DNA of 62,931 nucleotides, counting the filler, from Rhabdomonas costata (Eukaryota), in NCBI GenBank assembly GCA_019059605.1. It is 25 parts of 25 records of this genome, joined end to end, with 100 filler letters (N's around TTAATTAATTAA, not from the genome) between each part and the next. Parts side by side here need not be neighbours in the genome. Positions count along the whole stretch, not along the records: positions 12,614 to 15,038 come from JAHMHO010003490.1; positions 15,139 to 17,559 come from JAHMHO010003491.1; positions 17,660 to 20,081 come from JAHMHO010003492.1; positions 20,182 to 22,603 come from JAHMHO010003493.1; positions 22,704 to 25,123 come from JAHMHO010003494.1; positions 25,224 to 27,644 come from JAHMHO010003495.1; 19 more parts are not named here. One strand, 5' to 3'. The notes beneath the pieces are model-generated. The model did no database searches. It had not been told where the DNA came from and was given only the letters and a program-made list of their open reading frames with translations. How positions within the stretch are numbered: position 1 is the stretch's first letter; the number at the start of each line of letters is the position of its first letter. Position numbers and translations under genes: made by a program. This document shows positions 14,881 through 27,081 of the stretch, piece by piece.

Positions 14881-15616
14881 CACAAAAAACCATCTGGTCA
14901 TTCGGCGTCGGAGGGCTTCGAGTCCCCCAGCTTGCGGGCTCCCCTTTTTCCTTCTTCCTTCTGATTCGCTCTAAGTTTGTTCATTCTGTGTGGACCCCCA
15001 CTGTCGAGACAATTTGAAGAAAAAATCAACAACCAACANNNNNNNNNNNNNNNNNNNNNNNNNNNNNNNNNNNNNNNNNNNNTTAATTAATTAANNNNNN
15101 NNNNNNNNNNNNNNNNNNNNNNNNNNNNNNNNNNNNNNGGGGGGATGGGTGATGGGTGATGGGGGATGTGGGATGAGAGATAAGGAGATAGGTAGGATCA
15201 ACTAACAAGGAGTGTTCTCTGCAAGCGAGTGACATGGGAAGCAAAGAATGGCAGAATGCATCTACAGTGGGAAGCATCGGGATCAGAAATTTTCCTAAAA
15301 TGAGTTCTTCTTTTTGAAGACCCTGGCACAGTCTCACTACTCGTCCACTCGTAGAGTGTGGTAGGTAGAGTCTAGTACCAACAAAAGTAAAACTGTTTGG
15401 CGCTGCTGATCATTTTGGTGCAATAAACGTTTAACCATTCAGTCGTCAGGCACGTGAACAGTGTCGATGCCAACACAATTGTCCACCGTACCCATATACA
15501 CTGCCTTGCTTAACTAATTGTCTGGATACCCATGCATCCTGCTTTGATTACTCTCACACAGGCGCCTGACCTTATTTGTCCTCTGTTCCTTCTTTAACCC
15601 CCCCCCCCCCCGCAGA

Positions 15617-17162
15617 ATGATGCGAACCAAGGCGAAAGTTGGAGGAGCCCGAGAAGGCTTGACAGCTGTGGGCAAAATTGGCGAGCTGCCCAGCGATCTT
15701 TGGGGTTCTGTGCTCGCCCGGCTGCATAGCAAAGAGGTGGTTCGAGCTGGGGTTGTGCTGTGCGCGGGCAGGAGGAGCCCCTGCTCTTGGGTGGCTAGTG
15801 CGGTTTCGGAGGAGCTGCAAAGGAGGCCCCGGCCTGTCGATTTCGCTGGAATTGAGGGCTCTGTTAAGTGCTGCGCCCTTTCCCCAAAAGGTTCGCCTCA
15901 TGCGTCTTTTCCACATCCTCTGTTTTGACTCCTCCCGTTCCAGGATGCGTCACGGTCTATTTCCGGATGATGATGTCCTGTTCGCCTTTTGCATTTGTGG
16001 GTTCGCCGGACGGAAACGAAGAGACTTGCTCCGAGCTCGTTATTATCAATGTCGGAATGCGGTTCCCCTCTCGTTATTGTTGCCTTCCTGCCCACACGCA
16101 CTAGAAACGCACGCTTACGCACACACGGATCCTTTGCGCGGCTCGCGTGCCTCCCAAAATGCTGTGGTATTGCCAATCAGGCGGTCGCATCGCCGTTGTT
16201 TCCGGCGAGACGCGTGCTGCGCACGTGCGAGTGCTCAGCCTGCGCACTGGGGAGGAGCTGCTGAGGCTAACCAATCACAATGGTCTAGGGTTCAGCGTTT
16301 GCTTCAGCCCGGATGGTGGGCAGCTGCTGTGTGGCTGCTCCGATCTTGGTTACTGTGGGGACGAGGCAGCGGTGCTGTGGAATTCCACGAGCGGAGCTAC
16401 CGTGGCTACCAACCAGAACCTCACCGAAATGGTCCGCTCCTGCGCTTTTGTTTTCCTATGTTTTTCGCTTAAGAGAACGTGTGCTAATCCTGCAAAAGCC
16501 GTCATGAGGTGATCGATGCGCTCCTCTCTTGGCATTGCAATACGGGCGTTCACTTGGAGAGTTGCTTTTCGCTTTGCTTGAAGTCTTCTACAGTCCTTGA
16601 GGATTTGTTTATTGCCATCACACACGGAGCTACGTTGGCCCTCTACCAGAGCCGCATTGAGGCGGTTCGCTGCTTTGTTGTTCAATTTCTTTTCTTGTAA
16701 CGCGCACACATCGTGGAAAGCAGCCAAGACGTGACCGTTCCACGTCTTATGCATGCGAACAACAGCAGAAGTGCTCGCCCCCGGCTTTCCAACGCAGGCC
16801 TTCTTTTACACAGTTGGATTTGTTTTGTTTCCTGGGGCTTGAGAGATACCCGTGTTGTCATCACACAGGTGAGAGGGGTGGCCTTCGCCCCTGCAGACGG
16901 CGTGCCTTATGTCTTCACGCAATCCGGTGACCGCAGGGTTCGGGTATGGCCATTGAGGGGCGGGTCTGCTGTGGCGGAGCTGCGAGGGCATAGCAACGAG
17001 CTTATTTCTGTGGATCTAGGTGGAGGGGAAGCTCCACGGGTGTTGACTGGATCTGATGATCATACCGTCCGAGTGTGGGATTCCACCACGGGCCAAGAGC
17101 TTCATTCTTTGGCGCATGACAATTGGGTTTCGTCCGTGCAGGTCAGCCCGGACTGCACCATG
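15617..17162 (+). CDS. WD40-repeat protein with N-terminal F-box-like motif; 3' partial
   Basis: Exons 15617-15890, 16181-16431 and 16869-17162 are phase-consistent. F-box-like IGELPSDLWGSVLARL; WD repeats SVCFSPDG..VLWN, SGDRRVRVW, LRGHSNEL..LTGSDDHTVRVWD, HDNWVSSV..SPD. Confidence 0.88.
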
Positions 17163-18065
17163 GTACGTGTCCTTGCTTTGCCTCGATGCCCTCTTTCTGG
17201 TGAGTGAAAAATGCCCATTTTAAACTGATCCTACATTTTTTATGTACTGCTAAGAATTGTCGATTTCACGGAGGCTTCTTTAGATCTATACCTTTCTTGC
17301 TGGATGCTACCTTTTTTATATTGTATTATTGCCTGGGATTTCACTCTTCCCTTATCCGCCATTTAATCGTCTGGTACATCGAACTCCGGACCGTTGCGGA
17401 AATGTGGTGAGCCATGCTTTATAGCAACAGGGTCCAGAAAGTTTTCCCGGGGAGCAAGGAGACCGCGAATGGGAAGAGGTCTTCCACTGAACATTGCCAT
17501 GCAGACGTTGGTGGGAGCGAAATGGATAACGTTAACAGCTAGAATGGGTCCCAAAAACANNNNNNNNNNNNNNNNNNNNNNNNNNNNNNNNNNNNNNNNN
17601 NNNTTAATTAATTAANNNNNNNNNNNNNNNNNNNNNNNNNNNNNNNNNNNNNNNNNNNNTGTGGGGTGTGTGCGTGTGTGTGTGTGGGTATGGGTAGTTA
17701 TGCGCTTCTATCCCGAGATTTGAGTGGATCCTGTGACGTCATACATTCGGCTTTCGGTTTGGTACAACACATTTCTCCATAACCAATGTTCAGGAAGGCG
17801 AAGTGGAGTCCTTTGGACGATCGCCTGAAAAACGGGAATCTTAGCATGAGAGAGTCGTGCAGCGCATCTGGGATGAAAACTTGAATTGACCTTCAATTTA
17901 GGACAGCCATCAACCGACGCCACCAATGCTCAAATCCGAATTCTTCAGGAGCCTTGGACCGATTGGTTCACACCCATGTTAGAAAGGGAATCTAGGATTA
18001 CTTAAGATCTGAAGATGGATTTTGCTTTGCCTCTTACCCTGACTTGTCGCTGTTGCTTTGGAAAG

Positions 18066-19801
18066 GCAATGACGATATTGCTAAGCTTTGGCCTGGTGTT
18101 CTTCGTCATCTTTGGGGGGTTTGCCTTGGCCTTCACGGTGGCTTTCGGGAATGACGTTGCGGACTACCGAGATTTCTCCAGCTCACTGTGCGCATTGCTC
18201 CCTTTCTCTCGATGAGTTTAGGGTTAACCCGATTTTGTTTTTGTGTTTATGAGCCGAATCGTCCTTTGGGTCTTGGGAGTAACCCGATTGTAATACTCTT
18301 GGGGCGTGTCAATGCCTTAAGAGGTGCATGATTGCGTGTGTATGTGAGTTGTCTTTCTCAGCCGTGATCTTACTTTTAGCCACAGAACGATACTCCGAGC
18401 AACTTACGTTTCTAACTAGGCCCCTGCTGGCCTGTGATGGAGTGTTTTAGACCGAGGATAGGGATTTGAGCCGATTTTCGAGCAGTGTCTAGCAGTATCC
18501 GGACCAGTATTACTTTCTATTTCAACATTCTCTGTGTGTGCATGTTTGCGCGCGTCAGCCTGTAGGTATAGGTGAGTCAGAAAATGGTCTCGAAACCTCC
18601 GCAGAACATGGATGTGGAACCGGCTGTTGAGCAGTTGTTCTTTCCCAGGCGGAGTAAATACTGGTAGGCACTCGATACTATCTTTCCCGCTGTCTGCAGA
18701 ATGGCATGCATTCGAATGCTGTTTGGGGACTTTGACTACCCGTTGATCCACGCCTCAAACAGCATTCTAGGTACGTGTCTGCGTGAGGGTGGAGAAACAC
18801 CGTCAGGGTACCCAACCTGGTTTATAATTGATCGTTTCACTACCAAAGGCATTATAAAGGTTACCTCCCCATAAACACACCGAAGCTGCCACTGCCCAAA
18901 GATACCTTCTCTTTTAACCGTTAAGGGTCCTGAAGCCGGAGTGAGTCCTGCGCTTTTTTTGCACTCAAAGCCAATAATAGCATTGAAGAGCGAGAGGAGT
19001 AAGGCTTGGAAGCGATGTACACACACCGGGGGGAGGGAGCTCGCCTACTCTTAGGGAGTCTTCTGGTAGGAACTACATGATATGACAGTGAGGACAGTGA
19101 TGACAGTGTTCTGAATTCCCATCCATGGGATATTCTCTTCCACCACTTCATTCTCTCCACTAAGACACCTTTGAGGTTTGTTTTTTATCTGCAAATAGTT
19201 GCAAAGCATTTGCCACCCCGCTCACCAACTCTGCGTTTAGGAGAGAAATAGCGGCGCAACCAATTTTTTGTTGCAGCCCCAATCCTGTTCCCCGTGTTCA
19301 ACATGATCTGCGTACTGATTTTGATGGTACGTTTTTCCTCTTTTTTAGTGGACGGTTCCCCCTTCCTTGGTGTTTGACTGCCGCCCACCCACCTGCCCAA
19401 CTGACGTTGCCTTTGTGGACCAAAGATAAAAGAAATTGCTCATTCACAAATTCATTCATGTGTGTATGTATGTGTATGTTTGTGCATGTGTGCATGGTGA
19501 GCATCCCATCGCTTCGATTCTCCAATTCTCCAATTGGTGATGCCCCCCCCATAGCAGTGGCCTTGCGTTTGGAAAAATTCAGTTTATTTCTTTAAAGCTC
19601 AACACTCTTTCGGATGGTCCATGCCAAAGAATCGGCCCCCGGCAATCACCATAAGTCCGAAAAACTTTGAACTTTGAACTCTTTCTTGCACAGAGTGTTT
19701 TCCTGGCCATCGTCTCGGCGAGCTTCCAGGAAGTCAAGGAGTCTTTCTTGGAGAAGGCAGTCGACTATGAGACAAGCGCCATGCGAATCCTGTTTGCTTC
19801 G
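18066..19801 (+). CDS. Polycystin-2 (PKD2/TRPP)-like cation channel, S5-pore-S6 region; partial
   Basis: Four phase-consistent exons (18066-18187, 18700-18770, 19277-19326, 19694-19801) give FFVIFGGFALAFTVAFG..YRDFSSSL|MACIRMLFGDFDY..ILAPILF..LILM|SVFLAIVSASFQEVK. The two middle exons are absent from the ORF track. Confidence 0.9.
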
Positions 19802-19917
19802 GTAGGACCACTTTTCATTTCCTCCCGCTTTCCCCCAACTTTACTGCTCAAATGTTGAAGCGATATGGTTTCATTTAATTGTCATTATACGAAGTCATTT
19901 ACTTGCACGGATTTGCC

Positions 19918-20005
19918 GTGCGTCTTGCGTTTTGCGTCTTGCGTTTTGCGTCGTGCGTCGTGCGTCGTGCGTCGTGCGTCGTGCGTCGTGCGTCTTGCGT
20001 CTTGC
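19918..20005 (+). repeat. 7-bp tandem repeat (KTGCGTY) x12
   Basis: Units gtgcgtc/ttgcgtc/ttgcgtt, downstream of the last PKD2-like exon. Confidence 0.95.
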
Positions 20006-20259
20006 AGCGAGTGGAACCCAAAAATGGTAGTCAGACTTCCTTTTGGAGTGCATACCACAACACCCAAACACACCTAGCACANNNNNNNNNNNNNNNNNNN
20101 NNNNNNNNNNNNNNNNNNNNNNNNNTTAATTAATTAANNNNNNNNNNNNNNNNNNNNNNNNNNNNNNNNNNNNNNNNNNNNGGGTTTGGTTATGCACCGC
20201 AGTATGAACGCGCCCACGCACTTCGCTTTGCGGTGCATAACTTTCACCCTCAGTCTCAC

Positions 20260-20476
20260 CCAGCCCAGGGAGCGCCGGACGTCCCTGTGGAACCTCACCA
20301 GTAGGTCGACGACCGCGTGGAGGTCCACTCCAGGAGCCACCTGCTCCCGAATGCCGAACAGCTGCATAGGTGGAGTTGAACTCCAGCCGATCTTAATTGG
20401 ATTGGCGGCTCACCTGGACAGGGCGGTAGTCAAGACCATCGATCGTAAAGACCGACTTAAGGAGATCTTTGTCCAT
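20260..20476 (-). CDS. Two exons of an unknown protein
   Basis: MDKDLLKSVFTIDGLDYRPVQ|gtgag..52-nt intron..cag|LFGIREQVAPGVDLHAVVDLLVRFHRDVRRSLGW|gtgag, in frame. Confidence 0.5.
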
Positions 20477-21139
20477 GTCAGCACGGCTCCAGAGCAATGA
20501 TGGGCCAAAGGGAAGGGGGGCTCCAAACACAACTTCAAAGCAGGACGCGCAAAGCAAGCCGACGGTGCCGGCGCAAAACAAACGTTACAGCACAGCAAAA
20601 AAAAGGAACAAAAGATTCCGGGAGTGGGGTAGTGTAAATGGTAATGTTGATAGTGTTGATGAAAGTTTGGGTTTTGGGGGAAAGCTGAAATTGCTGCTCG
20701 AGACGCTGTGGAGAAGAATAAAAGGGTGTGGCTACGAAAACTGAGGAACCACAGCTAAGCCTGACTACTCGGTGCAGTCTTGCATGGATACTTGGGCCGT
20801 TGCGTCCACTGATTACGGGCACATAAAGGTGGGGAAGGGGAGGAGTATCACCCTTTATTGGATGCTAATCCCCCAACCATTTGCTGCTTTCACTGAACCA
20901 TCAAATAAAGAACACTGGCCGGCCTAAATCGTCGTTGCCGCGCCACAGAACCAATGATCTTCTGCATTCCAGCTCAGTCTCACCGTAGCAAATGGCAATG
21001 ACAAAAGAGAGTCATGCACAAACTTAGCCAAGCGGAGACCCCAAAAGCGCAAATGAAAAGAGCAACAACATTCTACCACCAGCGTTCGCTTCAACATACA
21101 GAGCACAAAGGTGATCATACAAAACGTGTAATTTTTGAA

Positions 21140-22602
21140 TCATTCTGAGCAAGCTCCACACTCTCGATAAGGCCTTCCCTGAGGTGACATGGATAACTCA
21201 ACAGTGGAGTTCGGCTGCGTCAACTCGTCAGATCTTTTTACAAGCGCTTGCACAACAGCAACACCCGTTTCGTCCAAGAGGTACGTCTTTCCGCGAAAAA
21301 TAACGACAGAGTCCTCTCTGCTGCTCACCATCACAGCGCTGGTAACTGTTCTGCGATTTCTTGACGCACGCCGTGCAACAATGAGATGCAAGACGTATTA
21401 AACGACCGAAAAGGCAACTGCGGCGCTAAAAACAACGATGCACGCAACTCGCACAGGGAAGGCCGCCGGAGGGAGAGGGATATCATTGCTCGTGTCACTC
21501 GACGGTAATGGCACCCATTTCGAGTTGAGATCTGCCACGGTGCCATCGTCTTTTGCAGATTGGATCGCAACGTTAAGTTTCCCAACGATGGCGGCGTCCA
21601 GCGCCTTCGAGAAGGTGATGCCGTGGTTGTTGACGGTTCCCGATGTGGTGAAGGGATCAGAAAACGCACTGAACGAAGAGGTGGGGGAGTACTTGGAGTC
21701 CAAATAGAATGCCAAAGGTGTCGTGGTCGCATACCCGTCAACGTCGAGCTCGCCGTTGTACCATTGCTTTGCAGCAAGCTCGAGATCTGCCACTTCCACC
21801 GGAATCGCTCCAATGGTAAGGCTCTGCAGGAATGATGTCATAACTGACCCGGTGACAACCAGTATCCTTGCACCTCGGGCGGAGGAAAGTGATGGTGGGC
21901 TGGCGTTCAGGCTCGACGTGGTCATCTGCGACGTGACTAGTCCTCCAAAGATGGCGAGCAGAAAGATGCCGGCAGATGCACCGATAGTGCGGAAAACCTT
22001 GGCAAGTGGGGTACGGAGGTCGGGCCCGGAAGCAGTTAGCAAAACCTCCATTCCGGCGTGAATGGCCCACATTATGCGGTCCCACCACATCATCGTGCGG
22101 AGCTCCGATTCCTGGTCAAACATCTCGAACACAAGCATGAGGAACCCAGTGACGACGGCCCCAAGGGCGATAATTCCAAAGATATACAGCACCGTTGGCC
22201 GAGTGAGGGAGTCAATAAAACTCATCGGCTGGCTGCCATACTTCGTACCGTCAAGGACTAAGTACCACTCCGATTGCATGACCGACACGGAGAAATCCAT
22301 TACTGACAGCCGATCAGGTGAAATAACGGCAAACGACAATCCAATGTCCATCTGACTTCGGCCGGTGGTGTGATTGACGACAAACGGAGAGGTGTACGAC
22401 CCAGAGAAGTTGGCAACCGTATAATTGGTAATCTCCGCGCGCAGCGCCACGACCTGCCAGAGGTCCCAGAGGAAGCCAACACAAGACCCTCTCGTTGCAT
22501 CCCAGGTGTTGATGGGGGGTTGACCATTGCGGCAACCCACGACCAATGGACGTGCCGCGGCTGAGGCACTGTAAGGCTCGAGGAAGCCCACCACACCCCC
22601 AC
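21140..22602 (-). CDS. Ionotropic glutamate receptor-like ligand-gated channel (S1-M1-P-M3-S2-M4); 5' partial, with in-frame TAA at 21398-21400
   Basis: Intronless. S1 GFLWDLW..DIGLS..ISPDR..MDFS; M1 ..FLMLVFE; pore and M3 ..FGGLVTSQMT; S2 GITFSK..LNVAI..DDGTVADLNSKW; hydrophobic M4. The same frame resumes after TAA (YVLHLIVARR..) for 85 codons to TGA at 21140. Confidence 0.85.
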
Positions 22603-23007
22603 CNNNNNNNNNNNNNNNNNNNNNNNNNNNNNNNNNNNNNNNNNNNNTTAATTAATTAANNNNNNNNNNNNNNNNNNNNNNNNNNNNNNNNNNNNNNNNN
22701 NNNTTTTTTCGTGTTTCAGGCGGCATCTTGCTGACATGGGGCCGTTGTTCCTTGCTTTGCAAACTGAAATTACCCTTGTTCTGACCAGGGTGAGGCATTT
22801 TACCGAGCTTCGTTCGGCTTCAAATGGCGTAGGGAAGCACGGGACACATGAAGATGCGGATCAAAAAAAAAAAGAGGGGGTGGACACACAGCAGTGCTCC
22901 CCAGCCCGATGCAGACTAGACAGCAATTTGGCCTCCTCATACCCGAGAAAGCCTCCTCAACGCCTCCCGCCTTGTTCGAAAGTGTTGGTGAAACCTGCGC
23001 ACATGCC

Positions 23008-24210
23008 TTTGTCCGAGAGATACTCCGGCAAAGAAATGTTCACCTCCTTCGCCAAGTTGGAAGGATCTAAAGTCACCGCGTGCCAGCAGCCTTCGCCTTT
23101 CTTTCCAGTCTCCATTCTGCTCCAAAGGCCTTCGAAGAAAAGAAGGCCGGGAGTTTTACGGGGCAGCAGCCATGAATACGCAATGCGATGCAACGTTGTC
23201 ATTCATCCTAACCTGGATGCCGTCCCATACGTGCAAGGGCACACCTGCTGTCACAACCTCGAGGGAAGCTCTGCCCTACTGCCCCATCACACTGTCTCAA
23301 AGAGTTGCAATGAGCGACCCATGTGACCTGCTTGCCAATCGAACGGCAACGCGATTCCGTGAACTGTGCTGCATCGCTGGCACGTCCAAGTCAACCCTTG
23401 GTGCGAACATTTTCGAATCACCGTACAAAAACATACAAAAGCTTTAACCCATCCCAACGCCCCTCAAATATGACCCCCGAAAAGCGGAGAAATCGAACGA
23501 GCAACGGCCATGCCCTCCTTCCTTGAGGTGAGGAAGCTCCACCAGGCATGCATCACTTTACAAGTACACGAAAGCAAGAATCCTCACCACCGCCTCCCCT
23601 CTGGCGCAACAGCACGCTCTCCGACCTGAACAGGGGTGGTTGTAGATCCACAAACCCACTCTGAAACACCCCAAGCAGGGAGCAGCCCGTTTTCTCGCAC
23701 CCCAAGTCCACTCTCCTGCCCAGCTCCCCACCCATACGGCACACGTGTGCAGCACATCACGAAGCGCGCACGTGCAGACCTCATACGCACACATTTCCTG
23801 ACCCCACGTTATCGAAATATAGCCCCTCACAAGGACAACCAGCAACCTGAGACCCCAAAAGTGCACTCCAGACCCCTTGTGCTTTCCCTCTCTTTTGCCA
23901 GAGCGAAGGGGAAGAAGTTATGAAGGACACAGCGGCCAAAATCTCTCTGGCAATCGCAGAAATGGCAGGATCCACAAATCTGTGAGGGGACAAGAGTGAT
24001 GCACAGAAGAATAGAGCTCACGGTGGTAGCAGGTTGAGGCGCTCGTTGTGAGGCCCATAGATCTCGTCCTCGTCGCTGTCCACGTCAGAGCCGGGCCGCA
24101 GGTGCTCCGGCCGCGAGCAGACCGTGCACAGCAGACCAATAACGAAGACCCCCAGGAAGGCCCACTGGGACCTGAGTGGGTACAAAAAGAGGAGACCTGG
24201 CACCCCGGTC
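23008..24210 (-). CDS. Putative exons of an unknown membrane protein
   Basis: GC-rich AG/GT-bounded block ~24210-24023 (QWAFLGVFVIGLLC..DVDSDEDE) and a further open block ~23130-23008. No family recognised. Confidence 0.3.
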
Positions 24211-25432
24211 TGCTGCGCAAGGGGGGGGGGGGCGAAGAAGACTGAATATGAATATTAGCCTGGACCCTCAGTTAATCATCAGTTAATGGAAATCTCTTCA
24301 GCGGTTTAAAAAGGTTCGCAGCAAGTTGCAGGACGCAGGATAGGGTGGGGTCGGGTAGAGTAAGGTGGGGGATTGAGAACAAACACAGTTGATATCACTC
24401 GAGGAAAAGAGGGCAGAGAGAAAAGACATTCTGGGTGTGTAATTGCATTCGAGTTGCCCCACACGCCGTCGCGCGCGAAGACCAGAAAACAAATCGTTGC
24501 TGGCACACCGGCGTGCAAGTGGGCCGACGGTGTGCCAGCCTACAGTTCTTTATCTTAGCACGATGTAAAGCCAGTGCAAAAGTCCGTCCAAGCGTGGCTC
24601 TGAACAAAGATTTCAGGCCCACTCCGGTGCCAGCAAGTAGTCCTGGGATCTACCCTTAGGTATGCTAAGCAGGCCCGGCCGAAAGCTTAGGCTCAGTATG
24701 CAGGCCTGCAAAGGTACGAAAATGAACCCCGGGCCGTTGAAAATTTTCAAAGTCGAAAATGCCCGTAAAAAGTCCAAAATGGGACCTTGATGGGAACATG
24801 TCTCGACGTGGAGAAGGACTCCGAGGCCGGGAAGCGGCCAACCAACTCATCTTAGGAACTACCATACCATCAAATATGAGCCCCAACACGTCACGCTAGC
24901 TCGAGTTCTGAGGTCAATCTTAGGTCTCCGGTCCGGTGTAACCATGGCGGATGTCACCCAGAGAATAGGGCGAAGGTTTTGCGCCGAAATAAGTGGTCCT
25001 ACCCCCCCCCCCAATTTCCGATGAGGTCCCCGACGATTGGTGAGGTTCCCGAGGTAGAACCCCCAGAACGGCGAAAAGAGAAAGAACTGTAAAGCGGGAT
25101 TTTGTCAGCGAAACAAGCGTGCANNNNNNNNNNNNNNNNNNNNNNNNNNNNNNNNNNNNNNNNNNNNTTAATTAATTAANNNNNNNNNNNNNNNNNNNNN
25201 NNNNNNNNNNNNNNNNNNNNNNNGTTGTTGTGGTGAGAGCATGAAGTGCAACTGTAAACGAGAACACAAAAAAAAGGTAAAAGAAAGCCATCACACTTAT
25301 ACTCACAGAACAAGCAGGCCAGGAACCGGTCATACCGATTCCAAAGCAAAAGATAGAAAGAGACCAATGGAGAAGCACATGAAAACCAAATGACTGGAGC
25401 AAAGCAAGATTTTGAGAGGGAGGAAATGTTAC

Positions 25433-27081
25433 CCCACAATGGAGCAGACCACAATGGTGGTGTTGATCTGCACCCCCGAATATACTCGTTGTGTCCAAGA
25501 CCTGGTGTCCGTGGCGACCACCACAACCCACTGCATGCCCTGAAGGGGGCCGGGGTGACGCCACCGCAGGAAGGGGAGCGGGTGCCATGACTAGACTACA
25601 CGTGCTCTTCACGCTTTTCAATTAGATCCGTTGTGTGAGGCGTTATCACAGCGACCAAGAACATTTTCAGAAGGGAATAATGCCCGCCTCAACTCAAAAG
25701 TGAGAGTTTCGGAAATGTTGTCATACGAAAGCGTTTCACTCTATGGGTGATATCGTACAACGAAACGGACGGTGGACCTGCCGCTAATTAAACTGCTCCA
25801 TTGGTGTGTTGCCCTTGATTTTTGAGTTGATATTTTGACTTCTTTTAACACCTGCAAACATGCGCATTTTGCATGCATGGCCAAATCCGTCACATACTAT
25901 TGCTTTTGAGGTTGCCCGGGCCATATTATGACGGCGAGTGTACCACGCAGTGTAAGACATTGCACGATCATTTGGGTGATAAACCCAGAAGCTTTTCGTC
26001 AGGCTCCCCTATCAAAGCAGACCAGGGAGTGGGCAGATTTGCAGCGCTTTTGTTGCCGCGTTGTGACGCCCACAAAAACATCTTCACAGTGGAAAGAGCC
26101 AGCGTTGCCAGACAATGGACGAGAAAAATAGACAAAGGTTACTTTTTTGCAATCGCAGAGGTCACAATGGCACGAGAGAGAAGACGATGAGACGAGCCCT
26201 TGAGTCCTTGCCGGCTAGCAAACGTCACACTGACTTTTCACAGCTGAATTGTCGATTGCGGTTGCCGAGGCTGAAGTGGTGAAGTGACGACGTCCGGACA
26301 GGGAAGGTTTGCCAAAAAATGCATCCGCTCAAGCCTCTGCGAGTCACTGAACGTGGAACGCCGATTGGAATGAAACCTCCCTCTCCAGGCAAACCTGAAA
26401 AGTGACCGCCTGTGCGGCCACTAGGTAGCCTGGCACTCCACCCAAAGACGTGGCGGTGCTGAGCTGCAGTAGTTGGGTCCAACTGCCCCGTGGGGTAGAG
26501 CTATTCAGCATTTGACTGATGCCCTCAATGACCTGAGCGGCGTCGGCCCCACTGGAGTTGGCGATAAGTTGCACAGAACCCAGGTGGAAGCCGACCTCTA
26601 CAACCAGGATGCTCGTGCCGGGAAACAGCAGCGAGGCCAGCAGCTGCATATAACCCAGAGATGCAAAAGTACGGAGAAAACAACAGTACTTCGCGGAGCT
26701 CGGGCTCATCATATCAAGAAAGGGTATTAACGGAAGATAAACGACATAAGCCTCTGACAAGTGTGACTACCGCTCCTAAAAATGCTTTTCCTTGACACTC
26801 ATGGTTAACAAGGCCATCAACAAATACCTCCGCCAGTTATGCATGACAAACTCAACAGCAGAACAAGACCCGGACATGGAAAATCAAGCCACCGTTTGGA
26901 GAATGCCGGCAAAGCGCTCCGTGGTGAAAAAGGTGACGGCGACGGCAAACATGGGGCCGCGGCTGCGGCGGACGGGCGCGATGATCGGCACGACCTGCAA
27001 GGTCTGGTTTTGCAAATCGGCGGTAAAGGCCGGCCCAATGGTCGCGGAGTAATTGGTTTGCAGCGCATATGCGAAAAACCC
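25433..27081 (-). CDS. dCache-like extracellular sensor region plus following TM helix of a receptor (e.g. nucleotide cyclase or kinase); partial
   Basis: Phase-0 exons 27081-26893, 26643-26395 and 25539-25433: VVPIIAPV..GPMFAVAV.., ILVVE..QLIANSSG, and GMQWVVVVATD..INTTIVVCSIVG (W-hydrophobic terminal strand then TM, typical of Cache domains). Confidence 0.55.
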
